DNA of 64,000 bases from Vulcanimicrobiota bacterium (lineage in GTDB: Bacteria; Vulcanimicrobiota; Vulcanimicrobiia; Vulcanimicrobiales; Vulcanimicrobiaceae), in the NCBI GenBank assembly GCA_963820825.1, contig CAWGBN010000006.1:256001-320000 (forward strand), written 5' to 3'. Position numbers and translations under genes: made by a program. The notes beneath the pieces are model-generated. The model was given only the letters and a program-made list of their open reading frames with translations. It ran no database searches and was not told the DNA's origin. Numbering within the stretch: the stretch's first letter is position 1; every line of letters begins with the position of its first letter. This document shows positions 15,170 to 24,323 of this stretch, one piece after another.

Positions 15170-15877
15170 ATGCCGCCCGAGCGATTCGGCCGCATCATCG
15201 ATGCGCAAACCGTCGAACTCGACGAGATTGCCGAGGAAGTAGCGCGGACCGTCTTCTCCGGAGGGACGGTCATCCTACCCAACGATACGAGTTACCTCAT
15301 CGGATGCGACCCGTACGACTCCGAAGCGATCGATCGCGTCTATGCCGCGATGGGCAGACCGGATAACCGCCCGCTCACGATGCACGTCGCCACGGCTCAA
15401 GAGTTTCTAGAGTACGCGGCCGACAATCCGCTCGCAATTCACGCGGCCAAACGGCTGCTTCCCGCACCGGTCATTCTGCTCGTCCGTAAGCCCGCGTTCA
15501 TCAGCGACGAGTTGGCGGCGGGTCTACACACGCTGGCATTTCGAGTACCGGACGAACCGTTCGCACGCTGCGTGCTCGATCGTTGCGGGCCGATCGCCGG
15601 CACGACTGCGAATCCGCGCGGCGGCGCGCGCTACCTGGGCGGTTCGGATCGCTCGATGCTCCCCGGAGCCGATCTTCTGGTGGAGCACGGGCCGACGCGC
15701 TATAATAGCGAATCGTCAATCGTCGATCTCTCCGGCAGCCACGCTCGTTTGCTGCGCGAGGGCGCCGTCTCGGAACGGCACCTTACCGAGCTGCTTGGAC
15801 CGATCGAACGACCGACGGTAAAGGTACGCACGTCCGCTCGACAGGCTCAGGGCTCGGCTCAGGATAGACTCGGATAG
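15170..15877 (+). CDS. Sua5/YciO/YrdC-family protein (divergent TsaC-like)
   Basis: GGTVILPNDTSY, GRPDNRPL, FRVPD, TTANP and SSIVDL motifs. Confidence 0.8.
   Translation: MPPERFGRIIDAQTVELDEIAEEVARTVFSGGTVILPNDTSYLIGCDPYDSEAIDRVYAAMGRPDNRPLTMHVATAQEFLEYAADNPLAIHAAKRLLPAPVILLVRKPAFISDELAAGLHTLAFRVPDEPFARCVLDRCGPIAGTTANPRGGARYLGGSDRSMLPGADLLVEHGPTRYNSESSIVDLSGSHARLLREGAVSERHLTELLGPIERPTVKVRTSARQAQGSAQDRLG
15838..15868 (-). repeat. Short interspersed repeat at the 3' end of the Sua5/YrdC-like gene
   Basis: TCGACAGGCTCAGGGC is identical (16/16) to 23229-23244 in alaS, and is followed by a second GGCTCAGGA. Confidence 0.65.
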
Positions 15878-16627
15878 ATGATTCGATCACTCTTCGCACT
15901 CACCGGCGTTATTTCGCTCGCGACGCCGTTTGCGAGCGCCGCTTCGCCGAGCCCGACGCCATCGCGTCCCTCGGCGGTGCGACCGGCACCGGCGCGTTCG
16001 ACCGGAGCGCTGCCGTCACCGAGCGCCGCACCGGCATCGTTCGATCTCGGCGTCTGGACCGTGCACGCGAGTTCGCTCGATGCGAACTTCAAAAACGGCG
16101 ATTTCAGCACGCCGAACAGAGTCGTGATGACGCGAACCGGCGGCGACGTAAGCGCCGACAAGGCCAACGGCAACTACAAGAAGCAGATGCTCTATCTCAA
16201 CGGCCACGTCGTCATGCACGACTCGCAGGGCAACGCCCAGTCCCTTGCCGGCGGCGAAGCGCCGCACGCTCCGAGCCCCTCGACGCTGACCGCCGATCAG
16301 GCGCAGATCGACGGAGCCGCAAAGATCTATAAAGCGATCGGCAACGTCCACTACGTCCAAGCCGATACCGTCGTCAACGCGAATACGGGCACGCTCAACG
16401 ATGCGGAGCACACCTTGCTGCTCGAAGGCAGCGTGCACATAACGCAGGGCACCCGCAGCATGAACGCCCGAAGAGTGCTCTACAACACGGCCACCGGAAC
16501 CGCGCATGCCGAGGGCGACGTGACGATGCAGTTCCCGGGTGAACTGCATCGCAAACTCGCGACGCCGCGCCCGATCAAAGTGCCGAAGAACGCGCTAACG
16601 GAGCCGGTATCGAGCTCGGCGCCCTAA
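15878..16627 (+). CDS. LptA/OstA-family beta-jellyroll protein
   Basis: Signal peptide, Pro/Ser linker, and repeated A(D/N)...GNV/GHV/GSV/GDV beta units. Confidence 0.75.
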   Translation: MIRSLFALTGVISLATPFASAASPSPTPSRPSAVRPAPARSTGALPSPSAAPASFDLGVWTVHASSLDANFKNGDFSTPNRVVMTRTGGDVSADKANGNYKKQMLYLNGHVVMHDSQGNAQSLAGGEAPHAPSPSTLTADQAQIDGAAKIYKAIGNVHYVQADTVVNANTGTLNDAEHTLLLEGSVHITQGTRSMNARRVLYNTATGTAHAEGDVTMQFPGELHRKLATPRPIKVPKNALTEPVSSSAP

Positions 16628-16637
16628 GCGCAGCGTA

Positions 16638-17879
16638 ATGATGCTCGGCTTCGCCCGTAACGAGATGCCGCTGGCGGCGCGCATGCGGCCGCGTAGCCTC
16701 GACGAGTTCGTCGGACAGGAGACGCTGCTCGGTGCGGGGCGCGCCTTGCGCGCGGCGATCGAACGCGACGCGGTGCCCTCGATGATCCTCTGGGGACCGC
16801 CCGGAAGCGGAAAGACCACGCTTGCCCAGATCGTCGCGCGTTCGACCGGTGCTCACTTCGAAGGCATGTCGGCGGTGAGCGCGGGGGTTGCGGATCTGCG
16901 GCGCGTCGTCGCCGAAGCGAAGGCACGCCAACGCGTCGGGAAACGCACCGTGCTCTTCGTCGACGAAATTCACCGGTTCAACAAGGGGCAGCAAGACGCA
17001 ATACTGCCGCACGTCGAGGACGGTACGGTCACGTTCATCGGGGCGACGACCGAGAATCCGTCGTTCGAAGTCAACTCGGCGCTGCTATCGCGAGCGCGCG
17101 TCTTCGTGCTCCAGCCACTCTCCGACGAGGACGTCGGACGAATCGTCGACCGCGCGCTGACCGACCGGGAGAACGGCCTCGGAACGCTGCAGATCGGGCT
17201 CGACGACGATGCCCGGCGCCTCTTGATCTCGCTTTCGAACGGCGACGCGCGCGCCGCGCTCAACGCCCTCGAGTTCGCCGCCGCGACCGCGGCCGCCGGC
17301 AAACGTGCCGCGATCGACGCCTCGCTGGTCTACGAAGCGATGCAGCGCCGTGCATCGCAGTACGACAAAGCCGGCGAGATGCATTACGATATCATCAGCG
17401 CGTTCATCAAATCGGTTCGGGCCAGCGATCCCGACGCGTCGCTCTACTGGCTCGCGCGAATGATCGACGGGGGCGAGGATCCGCTCTTCATCGCGCGGCG
17501 GCTGGTCATCCTGGCCTCGGAAGACGTCGGTCTGGCCGATTCGAACGGGCTGCAGGTTGCGATTGCCGCGCAGCAGGCCGTGCATTTCGTTGGGATGCCC
17601 GAGGGGTTCTATCCGCTCGCGCACGCGACGCTCTATCTTGCGACGGCCCCGAAGAGCAACGAAGTCGGGCGCGCCTACGGCGCCGCGATGGAGGACGTTC
17701 TTGCGACGCGCAACGATCCGGTTCCCATGCATCTTCGTAACGCGCCGACGGGGCTCATGCGAACGTTAGGATATGGTGAAGGGTACCACTATGCTCATAA
17801 CGACTACAGCGTAACCCAGCTCAATTTACCGCCGTCGTTGAGCGGCCGGCGCTACTACAAAAAAAGGCGGTCCGAGTGA
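16638..17879 (+). CDS. rarA: Replication-associated recombination protein A (RarA/MgsA)
   Basis: PLAARMRP, WGPPGSGKTT, DEIHRFNK, GATTENPSF and HYDIISAFIKS motifs. Confidence 0.95.
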   Translation: MMLGFARNEMPLAARMRPRSLDEFVGQETLLGAGRALRAAIERDAVPSMILWGPPGSGKTTLAQIVARSTGAHFEGMSAVSAGVADLRRVVAEAKARQRVGKRTVLFVDEIHRFNKGQQDAILPHVEDGTVTFIGATTENPSFEVNSALLSRARVFVLQPLSDEDVGRIVDRALTDRENGLGTLQIGLDDDARRLLISLSNGDARAALNALEFAAATAAAGKRAAIDASLVYEAMQRRASQYDKAGEMHYDIISAFIKSVRASDPDASLYWLARMIDGGEDPLFIARRLVILASEDVGLADSNGLQVAIAAQQAVHFVGMPEGFYPLAHATLYLATAPKSNEVGRAYGAAMEDVLATRNDPVPMHLRNAPTGLMRTLGYGEGYHYAHNDYSVTQLNLPPSLSGRRYYKKRRSE

Positions 17880-17892
17880 TACTCGGACCGCC
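17859..17892 (-). terminator. Intrinsic terminator, strongest on the minus strand and possibly bidirectional
   Basis: 12-bp stem GGCGGTCCGAGT-GAT-ACTCGGACCGCC with A7 on its left (U7 on the minus strand) and AGTTTT on its right. Confidence 0.8.
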
Positions 17893-17938
17893 AGTTTTCC
17901 CGTTGCTACTTCTCGGAGTGTGCGTTGGAGCTTCGCAC
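17859..17938 (-). ncRNA. Candidate ~80-nt small RNA
   Basis: Minus-strand TATTAT -10 (17950-17945), 5' hairpin with a CUCC loop, and a terminator with U7. I saw no ORF within it. Confidence 0.45.
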
Positions 17939-17944
17939 AACCAG

Positions 17945-17977
17945 ATAATAGAACGCCAGACTGTGAGCGACCTGTGA
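17945..17977 (-). promoter_or_regulatory. OmpR/PhoB-type direct-repeat box plus -10 element
   Basis: TCACAG-N5-TCACAG (11-bp period), then N10, then TATTAT on the minus strand. Confidence 0.5.
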
Positions 17978-19134
17978 ACTCCGCGCGAATTTATCTCGAC
18001 AACGCAGCGACGACGGCGCTGCGCCCGGAGGTTGTGACCGCGATGCGGGAATCCGAGGCGGAGTATAACCCAAGTTCACTCCATACCGAAGGGCGGCGGG
18101 CGCGCGCCGCCCTCGATGCGGCGCGGGAGCGCGTTGCGACGTTACTCGGAGTCACCCGCAACGAAATCGTCTTTACCTCGAGTGGTACGGAATCGAACAA
18201 TCTGGCGTTGCTGGGCGTCATGCGCGCCGGCGGCGCGGGCGCGCACGTCGTTGCCCCGGCAATCGAGCACCACGCCGTTTTGGAAGCGCTCGAGCGGCTG
18301 CACGAGGAAGGCTTTCAAACCACCGTGCTCCCGGTCAGTTCGGATGGCCGGGTCGATCCCCGCGAGTTCGAAGCGGCACTGCGCCCGGGGACGCTCCTGG
18401 CCTCGGTGGCCTATGCGAACAACGAGATTGGGACGATCCAGCCGATTGCCGAGTTGGCCGCGATCGCACGCGAACGGGGCGTTCGCCTTCATTGCGATGC
18501 CGTCCAAGCGGCGAGCTGGCTCCCGCTCGGAGTCGGTGCCCTCGGGGTCGATCTGCTCTCCCTCTCCGCGCACAAGATCGGCGGGCCGCGCGGCGCCGGT
18601 CTGCTCTACGTCCGCTCGGGCGTCCCGCTGGCGCCGATTCTTTACGGGGGCGGCCAAGAGTCCGGCCGGCGCTCCGGGACCCAGAATCTCCCCGCGATCG
18701 CCGGGATGGCCCGCGCGCTGGAGATCGCGGTCGGCGAGCGCGAAGCGAACGCGGCTCGGGTCGAGGCGTTGCGCAACCGTCTCGAAGCCGGGATCCGGGC
18801 CGGCGTCCCCGACGTGCGGATCAACGGCGCGCCCCCCCGCCTCCCCAACCACCTCAACGTGAGCTTTGCCGGGGTGGAGTCGGCCGCGCTCCTCATCGCG
18901 CTCGATCTTGCGGGCGTCGCCGTTTCGGCCGGCAGCGCCTGTACCTCCGGAAGCCTCGAGCCGAGCCACGTCCTTCTCGCGATCGGCCTCGAGGAACGCT
19001 GGCAAACCGGCCCAATCCGGTTTACGCTGGGGGTAGAGAGTACGGCCGCCGAGATCGACCGGGTCCTGGCCCTGCTTCCGCCGCTGGTCGCCGAGCTTCG
19101 AAGCCCGGCAACGCTGCGGCGGGGGGATGGGTAG
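17974..19134 (+). CDS. iscS: Cysteine desulfurase (IscS/NifS family)
   Basis: IYLDNAATT, NPSSLH, SGTESNN, NNEIG, SLSAHK and SAGSACTSG motifs. GTG start. Confidence 0.92.
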   Translation: MNSARIYLDNAATTALRPEVVTAMRESEAEYNPSSLHTEGRRARAALDAARERVATLLGVTRNEIVFTSSGTESNNLALLGVMRAGGAGAHVVAPAIEHHAVLEALERLHEEGFQTTVLPVSSDGRVDPREFEAALRPGTLLASVAYANNEIGTIQPIAELAAIARERGVRLHCDAVQAASWLPLGVGALGVDLLSLSAHKIGGPRGAGLLYVRSGVPLAPILYGGGQESGRRSGTQNLPAIAGMARALEIAVGEREANAARVEALRNRLEAGIRAGVPDVRINGAPPRLPNHLNVSFAGVESAALLIALDLAGVAVSAGSACTSGSLEPSHVLLAIGLEERWQTGPIRFTLGVESTAAEIDRVLALLPPLVAELRSPATLRRGDG

Positions 19135-19172
19135 ACTGAGAAAACGAACGGCGCGCCGCTGGAGGCAGAGGC

Positions 19173-19538
19173 TTGAGTAATACTGAGTGGGGCCCTTTAG
19201 TTCTCGATGTGCTGGTGGGCGTTGGCGCGCTGCTGGTCGGCATCGGCGTTCTCATCGCGGCCGTCGCACTCTCCAAGACCTTCGAGCGAGTCCGTACGAC
19301 CCTCGACGGCGTCGACCGGCAGCTGGAGAACATCGGGACGCCGGCGACGAGCACGCTGGCGCATATCGACGAAGTTACGCGATCGCTCGAGGAGACGGCC
19401 GGTACGCTCGCGCAGACTGCCGACTTGACGAAGAGTGCGGTGGTACCCGCGATCGTTAACGTCGGCGCGACGCTCGGTGGTGTAACCGCCGGTTTACGTC
19501 GCTTGGTTACTGGAAAAGACCGAAAGACCAAGGAGTGA
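19173..19538 (+). CDS. DUF948/YtxG-like general stress membrane protein
   Basis: N-terminal TM plus coiled coil, upstream of a YtxH-like gene. Confidence 0.7.
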   Translation: MSNTEWGPLVLDVLVGVGALLVGIGVLIAAVALSKTFERVRTTLDGVDRQLENIGTPATSTLAHIDEVTRSLEETAGTLAQTADLTKSAVVPAIVNVGATLGGVTAGLRRLVTGKDRKTKE

Positions 19539-19545
19539 TTAAACG

Positions 19546-19887
19546 ATGGGCAAGGGCAATGGCGGGGGCGGTGGGTTCTTCGCCGGTTTTCTCATCGGCG
19601 CAGTAATTGGCGGTGCTGCGGCGGTGCTCCTGACGCAGGAAGAGACGCGGGATCGGCTCGCCGGAAAGGCGCGTGAAGCCGGAGACTTTGCCATGGGCGC
19701 GACGGGCGATATACGCGGCAAAGTCAACGACGTTACCTCGCAGTGGCAGTCGAGCGTCTCCGAGCTCTACGAACGCGGCCGTCAAGTCGTTGAGAGCGCA
19801 CGGGCGAACATCGATGCTGCGGTCGCCGAAGGGCGTGCCGCGGCGGACGAGACGGCCGACGAGCTCCAACGGAAAGCCGACGGGTAG
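19546..19887 (+). CDS. YtxH-domain protein
   Basis: FFAGFLIGAVIGGAAAVLL...ETRDRL motif. Confidence 0.8.
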   Translation: MGKGNGGGGGFFAGFLIGAVIGGAAAVLLTQEETRDRLAGKAREAGDFAMGATGDIRGKVNDVTSQWQSSVSELYERGRQVVESARANIDAAVAEGRAAADETADELQRKADG

Positions 19888-19891
19888 CGGC

Positions 19892-20236
19892 TTGGACATC
19901 AAGGTAAACGTCCGCGAAGCACCCGGCGATTGCTACGTCGTCGACCTGGCCGGTGAGATCGACGTCTACACTTCACCGAAAGTAAAAGACGCGGTCGGCA
20001 CACTGATCGATCGCGGCGTCTATCATTTGGTGATCAACCTCGAAAAGGTACGCTATATCGATTCGACCGGACTCGGTGTATTGATCGGCGGCCTCAAGCG
20101 CGTGCGCGAGCACGGCGGCTCGGTCAACTTGGTCTGCACGAACCTGCAGATCAAGAAGATCTTCGATATCACCGGGCTCGTCAAGATCTTCGGCATCTTC
20201 GATAGCGAGGACGCCGCGATGAAGGCGCTGGTATGA
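19892..20236 (+). CDS. rsbV: Anti-sigma factor antagonist (STAS, RsbV-like)
   Basis: GEIDVYT, YIDSTGLGVL (phospho-Ser site) and IFDITGL motifs. TTG start. Confidence 0.9.
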   Translation: MDIKVNVREAPGDCYVVDLAGEIDVYTSPKVKDAVGTLIDRGVYHLVINLEKVRYIDSTGLGVLIGGLKRVREHGGSVNLVCTNLQIKKIFDITGLVKIFGIFDSEDAAMKALV

Positions 20237-20667
20237 ACCAAGCGGTCGAGCAGTCCGTACCCGAACTCGTCGAGTTGCGCATTCCGGCGCGCGCCGAGTG
20301 GGTCGCACTTGCGCGTCTCGCCGCCGCGACGGTGGCGAACCGGCTGCACTTTTCAATTGAAGAGATCGAAGACGTCAAGCTGGCCGTTGCGGAGGCCTGC
20401 GCGGCGATCATTCAACTCGACGGTCACAGCGAGTTCCTCTTCCTTACTTGTGAGGCATTCCCCGACTCGCTGCGGGTCCGCGTGCGCGACAGCGGTGGGC
20501 ACGGTCTCCAATCGGCCGATCGTCAACGCATCAACTTCGACGAAGCTCGCATCGCTGGGCTCGGAATTTTTCTCATTCGCACGCTTATGGACGAGGTGAG
20601 CTACGACGTCCATCCCCAGCACGGCACCGATATCCTGATGGTCAAGCGGCTGAGTGTATCGGATTGA
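20233..20667 (+). CDS. rsbW: Anti-sigma factor Ser/Thr kinase (RsbW-like)
   Basis: LRIPARAE, IEDVKLAVAEAC and GLGIFLIRTLMDEV motifs. Confidence 0.88.
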   Translation: MNQAVEQSVPELVELRIPARAEWVALARLAAATVANRLHFSIEEIEDVKLAVAEACAAIIQLDGHSEFLFLTCEAFPDSLRVRVRDSGGHGLQSADRQRINFDEARIAGLGIFLIRTLMDEVSYDVHPQHGTDILMVKRLSVSD

Positions 20668-20698
20668 GTAGCTCCATGATCCGCACCATACGACCTTA

Positions 20699-21502
20699 GT
20701 GTACTCACGTGAGGAGGCGCGCCCCGACCGCGAACGGACGCGCGAGCTGTTCGCGCGTTTTATCGGCGCGCGCAAACGCCACGACGAACGCCCCGAGCGC
20801 AGCGACCCCGAATACGAGCGCCTGCGCGACGAGCTTATCGTCGTCCACCTCAATCTCGTGCGCTTTCTTGCGGTGCGCTTCGCAAACCGGGGCGAGCCGC
20901 TCGACGATCTCGTGCAGGTCGGGACGGTCGGACTCCTCAAGGCGATCGATCGCTTCGATACCGAGCGCGGCGTCGAGTTCACCACCTATGCGACGCCGAC
21001 GATCGTCGGCGAGATCAAGCGATACTTTCGCGACAAAGGCTGGGCCGTCAAGGTTCCGCGGCGCCTACAAGAGCTCAACCTCGCCGTCAACCGCGCGAGC
21101 GACAAGCTCGCGATCGAGCTCGGACGCAGTCCGACCGTCGCCGAGCTTGCCGGCCATCTCTCCGCGGGCGAGGACGAGATTCTCGAAGCGCAGGAGCTCG
21201 GCCAGGCCTACAATCTCCTCTCGCTCGACAGCGAAGTCTCGGGTGAGAACGACAAGAAGTCGCAGACCCTCGCCGATACGGTCGGCGTCTCCGACGCCGC
21301 CTTGGAGCTCTTGGAGGATCGCGCGAATCTCGAGCGCGCCTTCGAGGTGCTCAGCGGCCGCGAGCGCGTGATCATCTATCTGCGCTTCTACGAATCCGTT
21401 TCGCAGACCGAGATCGCCAAGCGCCTCAACGTCTCGCAGATGCACGTCTCCCGCCTGCAGGCCAAAGCCCTTGAAAAACTGCGCGCCGTCCTAGCGGAAT
21501 AA
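20699..21502 (+). CDS. RNA polymerase sigma factor, SigB/SigF/SigG family
   Basis: DDLVQVGTVGLLKAIDRFD, YATPTIVGEIKRYFRDKGW and SQMHVSRL motifs. Confidence 0.93.
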   Translation: MYSREEARPDRERTRELFARFIGARKRHDERPERSDPEYERLRDELIVVHLNLVRFLAVRFANRGEPLDDLVQVGTVGLLKAIDRFDTERGVEFTTYATPTIVGEIKRYFRDKGWAVKVPRRLQELNLAVNRASDKLAIELGRSPTVAELAGHLSAGEDEILEAQELGQAYNLLSLDSEVSGENDKKSQTLADTVGVSDAALELLEDRANLERAFEVLSGRERVIIYLRFYESVSQTEIAKRLNVSQMHVSRLQAKALEKLRAVLAE

Positions 21503-21683
21503 CCGGGCTGCCGAAAAGGTCTCAGCGCACGACGTGATGCCTCGGAGCCGCTCGTCGCTGCACCCTCCGGGCTGCGCTCCTGCTGCACGGCCTCCTCGCT
21601 CCCGCCCTCCATTGCTCCGCTCGTCGGTCCGAGCCTCTTCGGCATCACGTCGTGCGCATCGACCTTTCTTGCCGCCGCGGTTA
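21500..21683. mobile_element. Putative MITE / large palindromic element between the sigma factor gene and alaS
   Basis: Ends TAACCG...CGGTTA, AAAGGTC/GACCTTT, and a perfect 17-bp IR GCGCACGACGTGATGCC (21525-21541 / 21641-21657). No credible ORF. Confidence 0.55.
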
Positions 21684-21695
21684 TAGTTGAGAGTA

Positions 21696-24323
21696 ATGAA
21701 GAGTCAGGAACTGCGTCAGGCGTGGATCGACTTTTTCGTCGGCAAGCAGCACAAGCTGCTTCCGCCGGCGAGCCTGATTCCGCACGAGATGTCGACGACG
21801 CTCTTCACGATCGCGGGGATGGAGCAGTTCGTTCCAGTCTTTCTCGGCGAGCAGCCGGCGCCGGCGCCGCGCGCCGTGACGGTGCAGCGCTGCCTGCGGG
21901 TCGCGGGCGCGAAGAGCGACATCGAGAGCGTCGGACGGACCGGGCGCCACGGCACCTTCCTCGAGATGCTCGGGAACTTCAGCTTCGGCGACTACTACAA
22001 ACGCGATGCGATCCGATGGGCGTGGGAGTTCGTCACGCAGGTTCTCAAGCTCGAGCCTGCGCGTCTGTACGTGACGGTGCATACCGGCGACGACGAGGCG
22101 GAGCGAATTTGGATCGACGAGGTTGGACTTGCGCCCGAACGCATCACGCGTTTCGACGAGGAGAACTTCTGGACGATGGGCGCGACCGGGCCATGCGGTC
22201 CGTGCACCGAAATTTTTTACGACACCGGCGCCGCGTACGCAAGCGGTCCCGACGACTCCGGTCCGAATCTCGGGAACCGGTACGTCGAGATCTGGAACGT
22301 CGTCTTTCAGCAGTACAATCGAACCGCAGACGGCAAGCTCGAAGAGCTGCCGCGCAAGGCGATCGATACCGGTGCGGGTCTGGAGCGCATGCTCGCCGTC
22401 TGCAACGGCTTCGCCTCGATGTATCAGACCGATCTCTTCACCGATCTCGTCGCCGCTCAGCCGCCGATCGGCCGAACGACGCTCTCGCCCGCCGAGCAGC
22501 GAGCCCGGCAGAATATCATCGCCGATCATATGCGGGCCGCGACCTTTCTGATCAACGACGGAATCTATCCGTCGAATACGGAGCGCGGATTCGTCCTGCG
22601 CTTCTTGATCCGGCGTGCGATTCGCAACGGAAGACTGCTCGGCTATCCCGACGGCTTTCTCGCCGGACTCGTGCCGGCGGTGGTGCGTTCGCTCGAACCG
22701 GGATACCCGGAGCTGCGCGAGAGCGAGGCGCGCATCGTCAACGCGCTGCGTCAAGAGGAGCAGACCTTCGATCGTACGCTCGAACGCGGCATGGCGATGC
22801 TCGACCGCGTGATCGGCGAAGCGATCGAACGCCACGGACGCGTGATCGGCGGCGAAGCCGCGTTCACCTTACACGATACCTACGGCTTCCCGGTCGAGCT
22901 TACGCGCGAGATCGCCGGCGAGCACGGCGCCGTCGTCGATACAGTCGCCTTCGACCAGCTGATGGAGGAGCAGCGCGAGCGCGCAAGGCGCGACGCTGCG
23001 GCAAAGCGGGAGGCGGTCGCGCTCGCCGATCTACCGGCGGTGCGCAGCGAGTTTACGGGCTACGATCAAGGCCTCGAAACCGAGGGTCGCGTCGTAGCGA
23101 TCCTCAAGAGCGGCGCGATGGTCTCCTCACTGCGGGCGGGCGAAGAGGGCACGATCGTTCTCGACCGCACCGCCTTCTATGCCGAACGCGGCGGACAGAT
23201 CGGCGATCGCGGAACGATCTTTGCCCCTTCGACAGGCTCAGGGCAGGCTCGTTTCGAGGTTAGCGACGCGCAGTATATGGGCGAAGCGATCGCGCACCAC
23301 GGCAGCCTCGTCGAGGGTGAGATTGCGGTCGGCGACGTCGTCGGCACGAGCGTCTTCGAGCATTGGCGCCGCGAGATCCGGCGCCATCACACCTCGGCGC
23401 ATCTCCTCCAGCGCGCGCTTAAAGACGTGCTCGGCGACGACGTGAATCAAGCCGGTTCGTGGGTCGGGATCGACCGCATGCGTTTCGATTTCCGTTGGCC
23501 CGGCGGCGCGCTGACGCCGGAGCAGAGACGCGCCGTGACGCATCGCGTCAACGAGATGATTCGCGACGACGCGCATCTCGTTACGCGCGTCTTGCCGCTC
23601 GAAGAGGCGAAGAAGACCGGCGCGATCTGGATGGCCGGTGAGAACTACGGCGAAAGAATTCGCGTCGTCCAGGCGGGACCGTCGCTGGAGTTCTGCGGCG
23701 GAACGCACTCGCATTCGACCGGCGAGCTCGGCATGTTCGTCATTCTTTCGGAGTTCTCGATCGGCAGCGGCATCCGCCGAATCGAATCGTGCGTTTCAGA
23801 AGCGGCCGAGGAGTACGTCGGCAAGCAGAGCGAGCTGATCGGAACGCTCTCGTCGGCGCTGGCCTCTTCACCCGACGAACTGCGCGAGCGCGTCGAGCGC
23901 ATGCAGCGCGAGATGAAAGAGTTGCAGACGGCGCTGGGACAGCTTCGCGCCCGGCTCGCGGCCAGCGAAGCCGAATCGTACGTCGAACGGGCCGAGCGTA
24001 ACGGCGACCGGACGTTCGTCGGTGCGGTCGTCCGCGAAGCGAATGCCGAGTCGCTGCGCCATCTCAGCAGCGCCATTCGCAACCGCTTGAAGAGCGGCGT
24101 CGTCGCGCTTGCCGGCGTCGACAACGGCGCGGTGAGCCTCTTGGTAAGTGCGAGCGACGATCTGGTGAGCGCGGGCGTGCACGCCGGCAATCTCGTCAAG
24201 CTGGCCGCGCCGCTCGTTGCCGGAAAGGGCGGCGGACAGGCGGCGCAAGCGCAGGGCGGCGGAAGCGACGCGTCCGGAGCGGAGGCTGCGGTCCGCGCGA
24301 TCCGCGATGCGGTCTTGGCGTGA
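21696..24323 (+). CDS. alaS: Alanine--tRNA ligase
   Basis: FLEMLGNFSFGDYYK, GPCGPCTEI, IDTGAGLER, HTSAH...FCGGTH editing domain and GKGGG motifs. Confidence 0.97.
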   Translation: MKSQELRQAWIDFFVGKQHKLLPPASLIPHEMSTTLFTIAGMEQFVPVFLGEQPAPAPRAVTVQRCLRVAGAKSDIESVGRTGRHGTFLEMLGNFSFGDYYKRDAIRWAWEFVTQVLKLEPARLYVTVHTGDDEAERIWIDEVGLAPERITRFDEENFWTMGATGPCGPCTEIFYDTGAAYASGPDDSGPNLGNRYVEIWNVVFQQYNRTADGKLEELPRKAIDTGAGLERMLAVCNGFASMYQTDLFTDLVAAQPPIGRTTLSPAEQRARQNIIADHMRAATFLINDGIYPSNTERGFVLRFLIRRAIRNGRLLGYPDGFLAGLVPAVVRSLEPGYPELRESEARIVNALRQEEQTFDRTLERGMAMLDRVIGEAIERHGRVIGGEAAFTLHDTYGFPVELTREIAGEHGAVVDTVAFDQLMEEQRERARRDAAAKREAVALADLPAVRSEFTGYDQGLETEGRVVAILKSGAMVSSLRAGEEGTIVLDRTAFYAERGGQIGDRGTIFAPSTGSGQARFEVSDAQYMGEAIAHHGSLVEGEIAVGDVVGTSVFEHWRREIRRHHTSAHLLQRALKDVLGDDVNQAGSWVGIDRMRFDFRWPGGALTPEQRRAVTHRVNEMIRDDAHLVTRVLPLEEAKKTGAIWMAGENYGERIRVVQAGPSLEFCGGTHSHSTGELGMFVILSEFSIGSGIRRIESCVSEAAEEYVGKQSELIGTLSSALASSPDELRERVERMQREMKELQTALGQLRARLAASEAESYVERAERNGDRTFVGAVVREANAESLRHLSSAIRNRLKSGVVALAGVDNGAVSLLVSASDDLVSAGVHAGNLVKLAAPLVAGKGGGQAAQAQGGGSDASGAEAAVRAIRDAVLA
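23225..23248 (-). repeat. Short palindromic repeat inside alaS
   Basis: CCCTTCGACAGGCTCAGGGCAGGC, read in frame as PSTGSGQA. Confidence 0.75.

Noticed and set aside
21503..21695. T-box riboswitch upstream of alaS
   Set aside because: No T-box consensus (GGTGGNACCGCG) and no terminator/antiterminator. The region is instead a terminal inverted-repeat element.
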